From the IMG/VR virus record IMGVR_UViG_3300017917_003066: a stretch of 64,000 nt of DNA; one strand, written 5' to 3'. The notes beneath the pieces were generated by a model, which made no database searches, had not been told where the DNA came from, and saw only the letters and a list, made by a program, of their open reading frames with translations. The DNA comes from an uncultured virus (IMG/VR IMGVR_UViG_3300017917_003066). Lineage: Duplodnaviria > Heunggongvirae > Uroviricota > Caudoviricetes. Below are positions 30,401-40,890 of the stretch, in pieces. How positions within the stretch are numbered: position 1 is the stretch's first letter; every line of letters starts with the position of its first letter. The position numbers and the translations under genes were made by a program.

Positions 30401-30723
30401 TTGTCTAGTATATTTTCTATATAAATTTCACGAATATAGTCTTTAAATCTTTCTTGACCAACTGCTTTAATAAATTCTTCAATTGGTACTTCTTCTAATA
30501 TTTCATCGATTGTGAATTTACCAATCAATTCTGTACCATAATGACTAACACAAGTATCTATATCAATATGTTCTAATAAATCAACATGTGACATGTTTTC
30601 AGTAATCTGTTTAGCCGAAAGTTGATTAACAACGTCTCTTTCATCACATTCAATTTTTATATTAAACTCACGATAACTTCCTGGTGAAACATTTACATCT
30701 GATGCTGATAGTTCTAATTTCAT
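30397..30723 (-). CDS. hypothetical protein with C-terminal tag
   Basis: ends REIYIENILDK. Confidence 0.7.
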   Translation of the reverse strand: MKLELSASDVNVSPGSYREFNIKIECDERDVVNQLSAKQITENMSHVDLLEHIDIDTCVSHYGTELIGKFTIDEILEEVPIEEFIKAVGQERFKDYIREIYIENILDK

Positions 30724-30989
30724 ATTCCTAAATTATTTAGCTGACTTTCTCTCCATTCATCTAAGCTAATAAATGCTTCCATTGGATAAATATAATCAGA
30801 ATTAATATCATCACCCCAAACCATTACTCTTGGGTCAGTTGGTTCTTTCATTTCGTCACCCTCATTCAGTGGTATAGGCAATACAGACACATTATACTTC
30901 TTACCTATTGTAAGATTACAGGATTCACTACCAACAACGGGTAAGAGTTTAATACAAATCATCTCCATAAATTCACCACTTATTACCAC
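30720..30989 (-). CDS. MKV.C-like protein with C-terminal tag (start may be ATG 30968)
   Basis: MICIK...LTIGKKYNV; ends WRESQLNNLGI. Confidence 0.7.
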   Translation of the reverse strand: MVISGEFMEMICIKLLPVVGSESCNLTIGKKYNVSVLPIPLNEGDEMKEPTDPRVMVWGDDINSDYIYPMEAFISLDEWRESQLNNLGI

Positions 30990-31291
30990 TTTAAAACCTT
31001 ATTAATCTTGTAGTCTCTACAAGCCATCTTTAAACCATTATTAACTTTAGTATGATGAACTTCCGCATCATGGTTTCCGCTCATATTTTCATAATGTAAT
31101 ATTTCCCAATTCAGAATAAACTTTTCCCAAGAGCCATATTCACATCTTAATTTAGGACTAATATCTGTAGTTGCAATCTCTATCATACCTTTACCAATAT
31201 GAGGCATATCGATTAAGTGCATTTTATAAATATGACCATTAATAAATCCCAGTGAGTTTAAACCAATGAATTTTGCTTTTATTTTAAACAT
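30983..31291 (-). CDS. hypothetical protein with C-terminal tag
   Basis: ends RDYKINKVLKW. Confidence 0.7.
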   Translation of the reverse strand: MFKIKAKFIGLNSLGFINGHIYKMHLIDMPHIGKGMIEIATTDISPKLRCEYGSWEKFILNWEILHYENMSGNHDAEVHHTKVNNGLKMACRDYKINKVLKW

Positions 31292-31298
31292 ATTTATT

Positions 31299-31841
31299 TT
31301 ACTTAATTAAAGATTTTAGTTTAACACTTCTTTGTAATTGAACATCATTTGGATATTTTTTGGCTTCATTTAAGATATGATTAGCAATCCATTCTTCTAA
31401 TGTTAATGAACTACCTTTAACATCTAAGATACCATCTTTATAAGAATACCAATTACCAAAAGCATCATTCGATATCATATCTTTATGAATATCATTCATA
31501 TAAACCGTTATCCAAGAATCACCAAATATAAATCTTTGAGTAAAGACCACTCTATCTTTTCTTTTCAATGAATCCATAGCCTTTATGTTCAACTCCATTG
31601 ACCAATCATTGAATACCGTTTCAATATGTTTTAACATAACAGAAGGTCTTTTACTAAGTGTTAAAGTTTTTTCAACTCTACCATCTATATAATGAACTAC
31701 ATGATAAGAGTCTTCATCCCACTTAGTTAGATAATCACCTTCAATTTCAAGGCTAACTCTTTCAGTTGAAATCACAGAAACATCTTCTAACCACTTCTGT
31801 ATTTGAATATCTCTTTCCGAATTATGTATTTGTAAATCCAT
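31299..31841 (-). CDS. hypothetical protein with tag-like motif at both ends
   Basis: ERDIQIQKWL near start; ends RSVKLKSLIK. Confidence 0.75.
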   Translation of the reverse strand: MDLQIHNSERDIQIQKWLEDVSVISTERVSLEIEGDYLTKWDEDSYHVVHYIDGRVEKTLTLSKRPSVMLKHIETVFNDWSMELNIKAMDSLKRKDRVVFTQRFIFGDSWITVYMNDIHKDMISNDAFGNWYSYKDGILDVKGSSLTLEEWIANHILNEAKKYPNDVQLQRSVKLKSLIK

Positions 31842-32077
31842 TATAAATTAAATATTTCTAGGTCAGGATTAATTATTACATGGTCTACCTTAGTCATGTA
31901 TGTCTCATAAACAAGAATATGTGAATAAGGATATTCAATCAAAGGCTGTGACAGTTCGACAATATAACCTGCTCCTAAAATAGGTTGTTTATTGTTTGCT
32001 ATTCCACAAACTTTTCCACAAAAATCAAAACTGGTAAAGTTTTTTACTTGTACAATATCTCCTTGCTTAAAATCCAT
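31841..32077 (-). CDS. small SH3-like protein, first gene of operon
   Basis: FKQGDIVQV...GKV; TATATTTG at 32095-32102. Confidence 0.65.
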   Translation of the reverse strand: MDFKQGDIVQVKNFTSFDFCGKVCGIANNKQPILGAGYIVELSQPLIEYPYSHILVYETYMTKVDHVIINPDLEIFNL

Positions 32078-32140
32078 ATTTACTTACTTAAAAGCAAATA
32101 TAATAAATTATTTGCAAATAATAAAATAATATATACAAAT

Positions 32141-32860
32141 ATGAAATATCTTAAAACATTTGAGCAGTTAATGTCTCAAAAAGGATCTATCAATAGTACA
32201 ATAATTGATTGGTGTGATGATAAAATGAACGAATCGGATTTCATTGAATATTTAAATCAAAGTCTAATAAACGAAGGACTTTCTGATTTATTAAAAGGCT
32301 TCAAAGAAAAGATTGTTGATATGTTTTATACATTTGTTGTGAAAGCATATGAGATGGGTTTATCAGTTTATGATAAGGTTTCTGTATTTGTTAAATGGTT
32401 GATATCTAAAGTTAATAATTTTAAGGAAAAAAATCCTACTACTTATAAAGTAATAGTTATTACAATTATTATTCTTATAATTTTTATTGTTACTGCTTCT
32501 TCAGCTAAAGCAGCAACTTCAGGAACTCCCATACCAACAGCTAAAATAGATATGGCAATTGGTTGGTTAGATTCACTAAAAGGTGGTAAAGAAGATCCAA
32601 TGTTGTTAAATAAAGCTATAGCTCATTTAGTTGATTTAAGAGACGGTCAAGTTAATATTCAAGGATTAGGTAGCGAGGCTATAAATATGGCAAACGCGGC
32701 TCTTAATACAGCTAATAAAGTAATGTCTGATGCTAAGGTTGAAACTGATCCTGCCTTCTTTAGATTTTGTATTGGTTTAATTGAAAAGGGTAGAGAATAT
32801 GTAGATGCCATTTATACAAACTCTGGTAACTTTGAAGGCATAAAATTAGTAATGAAATGA
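32141..32860 (+). CDS. N-tagged protein with TM segment
   Basis: likely true start MKYLKTFE at 32141, after TAATATATA at 32127-32135. Confidence 0.8.
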   Translation: MKYLKTFEQLMSQKGSINSTIIDWCDDKMNESDFIEYLNQSLINEGLSDLLKGFKEKIVDMFYTFVVKAYEMGLSVYDKVSVFVKWLISKVNNFKEKNPTTYKVIVITIIILIIFIVTASSAKAATSGTPIPTAKIDMAIGWLDSLKGGKEDPMLLNKAIAHLVDLRDGQVNIQGLGSEAINMANAALNTANKVMSDAKVETDPAFFRFCIGLIEKGREYVDAIYTNSGNFEGIKLVMK

Positions 32861-33558
32861 AATTAAAAAGATACACCGACTTTATTAAAGAATCTTTTGC
32901 TACGTCAAAGGAATATATGGACTTTGTAACATCAAAGGCTATATCAACTGATATATTTGATGATAGTTTATTTGATGTTAAGCAATTTGCTAGAGTTAAT
33001 AACTATAGATGGGTGGAGGATTCAAAAGGTCATATAGTTAATACCGAGGTTAGTGATAATGAAAAGTATAGAATGATTTATACTTGTATAATACAATACA
33101 CTATTAAAGAAGGTAGAAATGATTTTAATAAGATAATTGATAATTTAAATAGCATTAAAATATCTATTGATGAAATGATAGATAGAGCAACTGAAACTGG
33201 GTTAAAGCTAAAACAAAATGTTTATGAATCATCTTCTATGGGTCATAAATTTGAAATATCTTTTATAGGAGATGATGTCGATTCGAAAGAACTAAAAAGT
33301 GTTTACAACGATTATACTTCATTTCAAGATAAAGAATATTTATCAGGATTAAAAAGATTAAGAGAAATCTACAGATCTAGTAATATTGATTTTGATAGAT
33401 TTATGGACACCGTTGATGATGAAGATTATATTCAAGTTGGTGTCTTCATAGATGATGAGTTATATGTTGTAGCATCATATAACATAGAAACTAAACAATT
33501 TTCAATTTATAGCGATGAGATTGAAGCTTCAGTAGAAGCTTATAGAGATTCACAGTAA
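32857..33558 (+). CDS. N-tagged hypothetical protein
   Basis: MKLKRYTDFIKES. Confidence 0.8.
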   Translation: MKLKRYTDFIKESFATSKEYMDFVTSKAISTDIFDDSLFDVKQFARVNNYRWVEDSKGHIVNTEVSDNEKYRMIYTCIIQYTIKEGRNDFNKIIDNLNSIKISIDEMIDRATETGLKLKQNVYESSSMGHKFEISFIGDDVDSKELKSVYNDYTSFQDKEYLSGLKRLREIYRSSNIDFDRFMDTVDDEDYIQVGVFIDDELYVVASYNIETKQFSIYSDEIEASVEAYRDSQ

Positions 33559-33559
33559 T

Positions 33560-33590
33560 AAAAAAAACCCACTCATATGAGTGGGTTTTT
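33560..33590. terminator. bidirectional intrinsic terminator
   Basis: A8-CCCACTCA-ta-TGAGTGGG-T5. Confidence 0.85.
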
Positions 33591-33604
33591 AGTTTTATAA
33601 AATG

Positions 33605-34204
33605 TTAAGCAACAATATCTTTACTTTCAATTAGTGTGTAAGTAAATGATTTACCGTGTATAGCTCCAGCTTTTCTACAAATTGCCATAAAAGATTCAAA
33701 GTCTGCTGACTTCTTAAATACTTGACATCCTTCAGACCAGTTTTCAACATAAGTTGAATCAGCACCAGCTTTATGTATGTTAATACCAAAGATACCTTCT
33801 TGAATTTTATCTTCATCATAAACCATGTCTTTGTCAGCATCACGATAAACTTTAACCGGTTTTTGTTGTTTAAGAGCCTCATATTTACCTTGGTGTAAAC
33901 CTAATGTATGTGAACCTCTATATTGACCTTCTACTAATCTAGCAACACCAGCAGCATTATGATATTCCATAACACCTTTTTTACCTGGGTCAGTAGTTGC
34001 TGGCCATTGGTGAAATTTCCACTCACCATTTTCTTTGTATGATACTGTAATTGTATCGTCAAATACGTTAGTTACTTTATCACCTGTTGATGAGTTTCTA
34101 ACACCTACAATATTAATATCGTAGCCTTTATTTGCTGCGTCTTCAAACCAAACATAACCTTTTGATTTAACCGCACCTTCAATTTGTTCTTTTGTGTAAT
34201 TCAT
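33605..34204 (-). CDS. YkuD/L,D-peptidase-like protein, candidate lysin
   Basis: GINIH...WSEGCQV (H...S.GC motif), ATTDPG. Confidence 0.55.
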   Translation of the reverse strand: MNYTKEQIEGAVKSKGYVWFEDAANKGYDINIVGVRNSSTGDKVTNVFDDTITVSYKENGEWKFHQWPATTDPGKKGVMEYHNAAGVARLVEGQYRGSHTLGLHQGKYEALKQQKPVKVYRDADKDMVYDEDKIQEGIFGINIHKAGADSTYVENWSEGCQVFKKSADFESFMAICRKAGAIHGKSFTYTLIESKDIVA

Positions 34205-34287
34205 AGTGTGTTAATATTTTTATTATATATATGAGATTTTTAATTTCAAAAAAATCCAAATATTAACACAAACAAAAAAGAGAGCTG

Positions 34288-34662
34288 TTAACTCTCTTTT
34301 AATATTTCATTCAAAACTAAATTTCTATTTTCACTTTTTAAAAACTGTATGAAATCTTCTAAGTACATAGTTTTTGTCCCATCATAACCACTACCTGATT
34401 TGTACCTGAAGTCTTTTGACTTTAACTCATTAAATTTGATTTTAAGGTATTTTGCTGATTGATTTTCGTAGTCAAATGGATCTTGAGGTTTATCAGAAAA
34501 TACAAAATCTATTTCGTTAAATCTCTCATCAAATAACATTTCAAATTCAGAATTTTCTGATTTAATAAAACATCTTCTTACTTCACGGATGCTAGTATTT
34601 AGCAAACGATTATTATAATGTATGTTTATATGTCCTATCTGGATTTGATTTTTGTAATTCAT
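34288..34662 (-). CDS. hypothetical protein with C-terminal tag
   Basis: ends RNLVLNEILKES; TATATTTG at 34667-34674. Confidence 0.7.
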   Translation of the reverse strand: MNYKNQIQIGHINIHYNNRLLNTSIREVRRCFIKSENSEFEMLFDERFNEIDFVFSDKPQDPFDYENQSAKYLKIKFNELKSKDFRYKSGSGYDGTKTMYLEDFIQFLKSENRNLVLNEILKES

Positions 34663-34706
34663 TTTACAAATATAATAAATAAATTCTGTATTTTTATATA
34701 TACTGT

Positions 34707-35843
34707 ATGATTAAAAGATTTAATAGTTTTTCAGATGATTTAATAATCGAGTCTGCTCTTAATGAATCCATTGTTTATTTCTCACCAAGAATGAGAGAAC
34801 ATTTAAATCTTGTTAATAATGACATATCAAAAAAAATGTTAGAATTAGAAGGTACTGATATTAATAATTTAGATGTTACTTTTATTGATGTTGATTCAGA
34901 TGGTGAAGTTACTTTTATAACTATGCCTAATGCCATGAAGTTAATTAAAGATAGATATCCAGAAGCTCTTAATGCTGATCTAGATGTTAGTGGTTCAAAA
35001 GAATTAGCGGATATTGTTTATAAGAATGATATCTTAGCTTTAAGACATGGTAGACCGGGTGATACAGGTGTTTATGTGAAATCAAGAAATACAATTAAAA
35101 TTGGTAAATTAGTTAATCGTTTATTTAAGGGTACACTTAATTCATCACAAGTTGAAAAGTTTGTAAATGATTTTAAAGCCGCATCACCATCATATAATGA
35201 AAAGATTGATTTAGTTTCTGGTGAAATAATTAGACATTGGTATAATGAAGAAAACTATTTTTTAAAATCTGGATCACTCGGAAATTCTTGTATGGCTAAT
35301 AAACCTGGTAAATTCTTTAATATTTATGCTGAAAATCCAAGCTCTTGTAATTTATTAATAATGACAGTTGGTGATAAATTAGTAGCTAGAGCCTTAGTTT
35401 GGAAATTAAATTCAATTGAAGGGCATGATGTTAGAGGTGATGGTGGTATTGATAAAAATAACAGACCGGAGTATTTCTTAGATAGAGTTTATTCAGTTGA
35501 AGATTATCAAGTTGAAAAGATGAGAAGGTTTGCGATTGATAAAGGTTGGGCTATAAGAGCGTATAACAGTGGACATAATTTTAATTACATTACTTGGAAA
35601 GGTAAAAATTATGATGATGTTTCAATGTCTGTTAAAGTAAAGAAATCTAACTATGATGATACTTATCCTTATATGGATACTTTTGTAAGATACGATCATT
35701 TTAATGGATTGCTTTGGAATGATGAGTGGAGAAAAAAAGGAGGTCATATACTTCGTTCTACACAAGGAGAGTACACTAAAAGTATTTCTAAAAGTAGAGT
35801 TTATATAAATAAATTTAAGGACTTTTTCAAAAGAAATGACTAA
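34707..35843 (+). CDS. N-tagged hypothetical protein
   Basis: MIKRFNSF...IIES; LGNSCM, ARALVW, DRVY, YPYMDTF motifs; TTATATATA at 34694-34702. Confidence 0.8.
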   Translation: MIKRFNSFSDDLIIESALNESIVYFSPRMREHLNLVNNDISKKMLELEGTDINNLDVTFIDVDSDGEVTFITMPNAMKLIKDRYPEALNADLDVSGSKELADIVYKNDILALRHGRPGDTGVYVKSRNTIKIGKLVNRLFKGTLNSSQVEKFVNDFKAASPSYNEKIDLVSGEIIRHWYNEENYFLKSGSLGNSCMANKPGKFFNIYAENPSSCNLLIMTVGDKLVARALVWKLNSIEGHDVRGDGGIDKNNRPEYFLDRVYSVEDYQVEKMRRFAIDKGWAIRAYNSGHNFNYITWKGKNYDDVSMSVKVKKSNYDDTYPYMDTFVRYDHFNGLLWNDEWRKKGGHILRSTQGEYTKSISKSRVYINKFKDFFKRND

Positions 35844-35844
35844 T

Positions 35845-36228
35845 ATGAAACACTTAAAGCCATATAACGAATCTAAGATAGATGATTATAAATTTGAAAG
35901 ATTTTATAAATCTATTCAATTGATATTCTCTGAACTATATGACTCTGGTGATGTTGATATTTGGAAACATTCAGATGAACATAATTTTGACAGATCTCTT
36001 GGAGAGTTTGTTAAAGTACACATACCTGTATTAAAATCAGTATGGTCACCTGAAGATGGTGAACCTAATAAGTTTCAAGAATACATGAAGGGCATAGAAC
36101 AATGGAACGAACTATTAAAGGATATAGATGTTTGTTTAAAAAGATTAAATGATGAATATGGTGAAACCACTTATCATTTTGACTTTGGTAATGACTACAT
36201 TGAGTTAATCTTTAGTAGTTGGAATTAA
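35845..36228 (+). CDS. N-tagged paralog-family protein
   Basis: MKHLKPYNES; IFSELYDSG; KDIDVCLKRL. Confidence 0.8.
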   Translation: MKHLKPYNESKIDDYKFERFYKSIQLIFSELYDSGDVDIWKHSDEHNFDRSLGEFVKVHIPVLKSVWSPEDGEPNKFQEYMKGIEQWNELLKDIDVCLKRLNDEYGETTYHFDFGNDYIELIFSSWN

Positions 36229-36749
36229 CTAAGTATTATATTATTTGTTTCAAACTTCTTAAAAATAATATGACCTATTTTACGAGCCTTTTCTTTAAAC
36301 TCATCAAATGTTCCGTTATTCTCAACTATAATATCAGCATCTGATTTACTTATATTAAAAGAAGTTGAAGGCTCTTCTGGTAGTCTTTTAGAAGCATCTA
36401 CCCAAATTATTAGATCGAATATTCCCTGTTTTTTACATTCGTCAAACTCGGCTTTATCTCTCATACCAACATAACAGCTAACTCTTTTTGTTATATCAGT
36501 TGCTAATCTAGCACGGTTGTCTTTGTTGTAGTTACATATTTCTAAATACCACTCGTCTCTGTGATTAACTCTATCGTTAAAGCATTCTTCCGGTGTTTGG
36601 TAATCATATTTACCTTTTAATAAATCATATAAAAATATATCAGCCGCGGCTTGTGATGATGATAAAAAAGTAAGACCAAAATATTCTTGAAATAATTCGG
36701 CTAGTGTGTCTTTACCATGTCTGGCATTTCCTAAAATAAGTAACTTCAT
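36225..36749 (-). CDS. P-loop (deoxy)nucleotide monophosphate kinase-like protein
   Basis: GNARHGKDT Walker A; ADIIVENNGT. Confidence 0.7.
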   Translation of the reverse strand: MKLLILGNARHGKDTLAELFQEYFGLTFLSSSQAAADIFLYDLLKGKYDYQTPEECFNDRVNHRDEWYLEICNYNKDNRARLATDITKRVSCYVGMRDKAEFDECKKQGIFDLIIWVDASKRLPEEPSTSFNISKSDADIIVENNGTFDEFKEKARKIGHIIFKKFETNNIILS

Positions 36750-36780
36750 ATTATTATATTATTTTAACCTTGAATAGTTA

Positions 36781-37128
36781 TTATAAAATTTGATTTATTT
36801 TATAATCTCTTTCTATAGATTCCCAATTGTTTACTATTTCTAAAACTTCATATGCTTCCAAATTTCTATCATCACATCGACACCAGTTAACTTGATGACA
36901 TTCTGCTTGTGCCCAATCATCATCATCTTCTGTAATATATGAATAACCCACTTGATATTTTTTATCAGCAATTGTGAAATTTATTGACTCACCGTTTTCG
37001 TTGTAATATCTATCACCATATGATATATCTTCAACTTCAAGTTTTAACTCACTACTTGACTTAATCATATCTTTTAGATGTTTGAATAAGTCTTCTACTC
37101 TAACAAATTTTTTATTTGATAATTTCAA
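36781..37128 (-). CDS. hypothetical protein with C-terminal tag
   Basis: ends RDYKINQIL. Confidence 0.7.
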   Translation of the reverse strand: MKLSNKKFVRVEDLFKHLKDMIKSSSELKLEVEDISYGDRYYNENGESINFTIADKKYQVGYSYITEDDDDWAQAECHQVNWCRCDDRNLEAYEVLEIVNNWESIERDYKINQIL

Positions 37129-37822
37129 AATATCTATCTTTTAATAATCTTAAATACAAATCATTAGGCATTCCATAATTACCTATTGCCCACATATCAT
37201 TATACTCTACAACAACATTCTCACCATTTTCTAAAACACCAATATCAATTGTATAAGCAATCGGAAATTTAAGTTTATTCGACTCAATAACTTTATTTAT
37301 ATAACCTTCATCTGGTGAGCAAAATAATTCACCTGAGTAATTACGAACATCTACAATTTTATTTCTATGTATGTAACAACGAAATTCTGATTTAATAGGA
37401 CTTTCAAAAACATCATACACCATAATCATTGTATCACCTGGTATGTCTGATATTGAAGAATATATCATTTGATCAAGTACAAAGCCTGTGAATAATTTAA
37501 TATCAAAAGGTTTGATAAAAATATTCTTACCTGACTTAGCTAAAGTTTTAGCATCATCTAAAGTCATTACTTTACATTCTCTGTTTGAATTCTCAGGAAC
37601 TCTAACATTTTCTTTTCCAACTTTAGAAAATACTTCTTTCATAAACTCAACAGAACCTACAAAAAGATTGTTCTTAATTAAAAGATTAAACCTACCAGAT
37701 TGAACTTCTTCAAAAGTAGTTAGTCTATAATCTTGTCCAGTTTCTATAGCACCAAACATGGCACAAGCCACATCAAAGTGATGTGGCTTTAACCGTTCAT
37801 TATCTGATTGAATGTATATCAT
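37112..37822 (-). CDS. ATP-grasp domain protein (DUF4343/R2K-like)
   Basis: FIKP...KLFTG, SEFRCYI, AYTIDIG, VVEYND.W.IG.YG; TATATTTG at 37827-37834. Confidence 0.75.
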   Translation of the reverse strand: MIYIQSDNERLKPHHFDVACAMFGAIETGQDYRLTTFEEVQSGRFNLLIKNNLFVGSVEFMKEVFSKVGKENVRVPENSNRECKVMTLDDAKTLAKSGKNIFIKPFDIKLFTGFVLDQMIYSSISDIPGDTMIMVYDVFESPIKSEFRCYIHRNKIVDVRNYSGELFCSPDEGYINKVIESNKLKFPIAYTIDIGVLENGENVVVEYNDMWAIGNYGMPNDLYLRLLKDRYFEIIK

Positions 37823-37850
37823 TATACAAATATAGGAAATTAATTTTTAA

Positions 37851-39602
37851 TTACCAACTTCCTGAGCTACCTCCTCCACCAGAGTCACCTCCACCGAATC
37901 CACCGAATGAAGATCCAGAGTCTGATGATGATGATGAACTCCAAGATGATGATGAGTATGATGAGTATGAATTTCTTCTTCTACGTTCTTCCTCTTCTTC
38001 CTCTTCTCTTTTTCTACGTCTTTTTCTTTCTTCATCATCAATATCAGACTTAGCTTTGCTTGCTAATTTATCAGCTTGAGAAATCATTGATGTAAAGTCA
38101 TTGAACGAGCTCAAAATATCTGATGTTACTTTGAAAGCAATCATACTAGCAATAAAAGCTCTGATAGCATTTTTAGTAGAAGAACTAACATCACTGTTAC
38201 TTAAATACTTGTTTAACTTTGAACTATGATTGTCTAATGTTGATTTAGAACTTTTCAAAGTGTTAATCATATTTTCGTGATTTCTGTTCTTATCGGATAT
38301 TTTACCCAAGTAAGAATAAAAATCATCTCTTATAAATTTATAAGTTGAATATGAGTTTTTCATATTCTCAAGGTTTTCAAAAGACTTATCAATAGAGTTA
38401 AATTGAAGAGCCGCTTGTTTCAATTTATTGTTATAACTAGCAACTGTAGATGAATCAGTTTTATATTCTTTTCCATCAAAGCTTTTAACAGACTCTAAAA
38501 CCCAATCACTAATGCCTTCAATTGAGAATACACCAACAGCTACTAACTTATTATATTCATCAATTCTATCAGACTTATCATTATAAGAAGAGATAGTTCT
38601 TTTAACTTGTGCTAAGGTTGATTTTAATGAACCAACTGTTGAGTTGATATCAAGCATAAAATCTGTCTTTTTTGTTTCTGGTAAATTGATAGCCTTTTCT
38701 TTCATAACTAAATAGTTATGAGTTCTATTCAATTCGGATAAATTAGAAGTAACTTCCGAAATAACATCAATTAGTTCAGCATGTGATGATAATGAGCTGA
38801 TTGCTCTATTAAAGTTAATTGATAGTTCGTTATCATCTTTTGATTTTTTAATCAAGTTTAATAAAGAATTATCTACAACTATAGTATTTAGATTATAAGA
38901 TTTTAGTTTATTATTAATAAAATCTACTCTTTCTTTATATGAGTCTGCTTTACTATCTCTTTTGGCTTTGAATGCTTTTTCACGTTCAACTTTAGCTTTG
39001 AATTTAACAAAAGCTACAACGATTATAATTAAACCAACGATAGATAGAACAACGTAAAGGAATCCCCACCAGAAGTTAACCCAAGCCTCATGTTCAGCTT
39101 TTTCTTGTTTTGCCTTATAAGCCATTCTATCTTCCCAAGTTGAATTACCAAGGTGTTTAGTTGTAGCATCTACAAATGAATTAATACCTGTAAAATAATC
39201 ACCAGCTTTGAAGTTTGGATTAAAGTTATTTTCACCAAATTCATGTGATTGGTAATCTGTTAGATAAGCTTCTAGTCCATATCCAACTTCAACTCGCCAC
39301 TTTCTTTCATTAGGCGCAATTACAACAAGTAAACCATTATTTCTGTCTTTCTTACCAACGCCCCATTTCTTGAAAAGTTCATTAGCATAAGACTCGATAT
39401 CACGGTCTTCAAGAGTTGGAACGATAGCAAATGTTAACTCAATATCAGTTTGCTTCTCAAAATTAGCAATCTTGTTGTTTAGAGTGTTTACTTGTTCAAC
39501 TTTAAGTAAACCAGTATAGTCATTTACCCAACCTGTTGGTGTCAAATCGGCACCAAACAGGATTGTAGGGATAAACAAAAGTAAAAGTATAAACTTTTTC
39601 AT
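37851..39602 (-). CDS. TPM-domain membrane protein with coiled coil and Gly-rich tail
   Basis: VNDYTGLL, WGVGKKDRNNGLL, RVEVGYGLE; ends FGGFGGGDSGGGGSSGSW. Confidence 0.85.
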   Translation of the reverse strand: MKKFILLLLFIPTILFGADLTPTGWVNDYTGLLKVEQVNTLNNKIANFEKQTDIELTFAIVPTLEDRDIESYANELFKKWGVGKKDRNNGLLVVIAPNERKWRVEVGYGLEAYLTDYQSHEFGENNFNPNFKAGDYFTGINSFVDATTKHLGNSTWEDRMAYKAKQEKAEHEAWVNFWWGFLYVVLSIVGLIIIVVAFVKFKAKVEREKAFKAKRDSKADSYKERVDFINNKLKSYNLNTIVVDNSLLNLIKKSKDDNELSINFNRAISSLSSHAELIDVISEVTSNLSELNRTHNYLVMKEKAINLPETKKTDFMLDINSTVGSLKSTLAQVKRTISSYNDKSDRIDEYNKLVAVGVFSIEGISDWVLESVKSFDGKEYKTDSSTVASYNNKLKQAALQFNSIDKSFENLENMKNSYSTYKFIRDDFYSYLGKISDKNRNHENMINTLKSSKSTLDNHSSKLNKYLSNSDVSSSTKNAIRAFIASMIAFKVTSDILSSFNDFTSMISQADKLASKAKSDIDDEERKRRRKREEEEEEERRRRNSYSSYSSSSWSSSSSSDSGSSFGGFGGGDSGGGGSSGSW

Positions 39603-39610
39603 ATTTTAAA

Positions 39611-40222
39611 TTACTTAGTCATTTTAATTTTAGGTGCTTTCATAGCAGAAGAGTCTGCCTTAAAGTATTCACGAGTTGTGAAGCCGAATAGATTGGCCCA
39701 TAATTTACGAGGCATTACAACAACTTTTTTATTATAATCTTGAACAGCATCATTGAATACTTTACGTTCAACCGCAATTCGGTTTTCAGTTCCGCTAAGT
39801 TCACTCATTAATTGTTGATAGTTTTCATTTGCTTTTAAGTCAGGGTATCTTTCAGATACTACCATTAATTTAGATAAGGCTTGTGTTAAGCCAGATTGTG
39901 CTTCTTCAAACTTTTTGATTGAGTTAGCATCCAACTTAGAAGCATCAATAGTAACAGCGGTTGCTTTAGCACGAGCATTGATAACTTCTGTTAAGGTTTG
40001 TGATTCGTGTTGAGCATAACCTTGTACTGCTTCAACTAAGTTAGGGATAAGGTCGCTTCTACGTTGATAAACGTTTTCCACTTGAGACCATTTAGAATTC
40101 ACATCTTCATTCATTGATGCTAATGTGTTATAAGATGAGCAACCATTCATACACAGGATTGCCAATACACCGATGAAAATTAAGCCACGGTAAGCTTTTA
40201 AGAAATCTGATACTACTTTCAT
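39611..40222 (-). CDS. lemA: LemA family protein
   Basis: WSQVENVYQRRSDLIPNLV, ERYPDLKAN, TENRIAVER..FN..V..YN. Confidence 0.92.
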   Translation of the reverse strand: MKVVSDFLKAYRGLIFIGVLAILCMNGCSSYNTLASMNEDVNSKWSQVENVYQRRSDLIPNLVEAVQGYAQHESQTLTEVINARAKATAVTIDASKLDANSIKKFEEAQSGLTQALSKLMVVSERYPDLKANENYQQLMSELSGTENRIAVERKVFNDAVQDYNKKVVVMPRKLWANLFGFTTREYFKADSSAMKAPKIKMTK

Positions 40223-40263
40223 TTTTTATTTTTTTTATTTTAAGTTATACAAATATAATATTT

Positions 40264-40692
40264 TTATTTTAATTTCAAAGCCTCATTTGTGGCTAAAACA
40301 TCACATCTTTCATTTTCAGGGTGTCCATTGTGACCTTTAACCCAATTAAATTTTATGTTAAAGTTAGGATATATTTTTAGAAATCTTCTCCACAAATCTT
40401 CATTCTTTTTACCACCAAAATCTGGCTTCTTTGCCCAATTAAATACCCAACCTTTTTCAATAGAATCAATTACATATTTAGAATCAGAGTAAACTTCAAC
40501 AGGATACTTTGTTGTCTTAACTGCTTCTAGTGCTTCAATTACCGCTAGTAGCTCCATTCTATTATTGGTGGTGTATTTTTCTCCACCTGACATTTCTTTT
40601 TCTTTGTCATTGAATTTCATGACAACACCCCAACCACCAGGACCGGGATTTCCTCTAGAACTCCCGTCCGTGTATATAAGTAGTTTACTCAT
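40264..40692 (-). CDS. rnhA: ribonuclease HI
   Basis: YTDGSSRGNPGPGGWG, TTNNRMEL, SDSKY, WVKGHNGHPENERCD. Confidence 0.95.
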   Translation of the reverse strand: MSKLLIYTDGSSRGNPGPGGWGVVMKFNDKEKEMSGGEKYTTNNRMELLAVIEALEAVKTTKYPVEVYSDSKYVIDSIEKGWVFNWAKKPDFGGKKNEDLWRRFLKIYPNFNIKFNWVKGHNGHPENERCDVLATNEALKLK

Positions 40693-40890
40693 TAAGATCG
40701 AATACCGTATGTTAAAATGTTATAAACAACTAAACCAACAATGGTTAAAATAGCTATTGTTATTGCAACAATCTCTTTGTTGTTTAGGATTTTATTTGTA
40801 ATTGCTTTCATGTGAAATGATATTTTTATTATTACAAATATAAGTATATTATTTCAATTGGACAAATATAGTTGTTTTTATATATAACTT

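Noticed and set aside
31985..32140. Upstream extensions of ORFs in the track (also 7186, 8001, 18789, 46172, 51828, 57725)
   Set aside because: Promoter motifs, tags or domain boundaries point to downstream ATGs; the extensions overlap neighbouring genes, promoter motifs or terminators.
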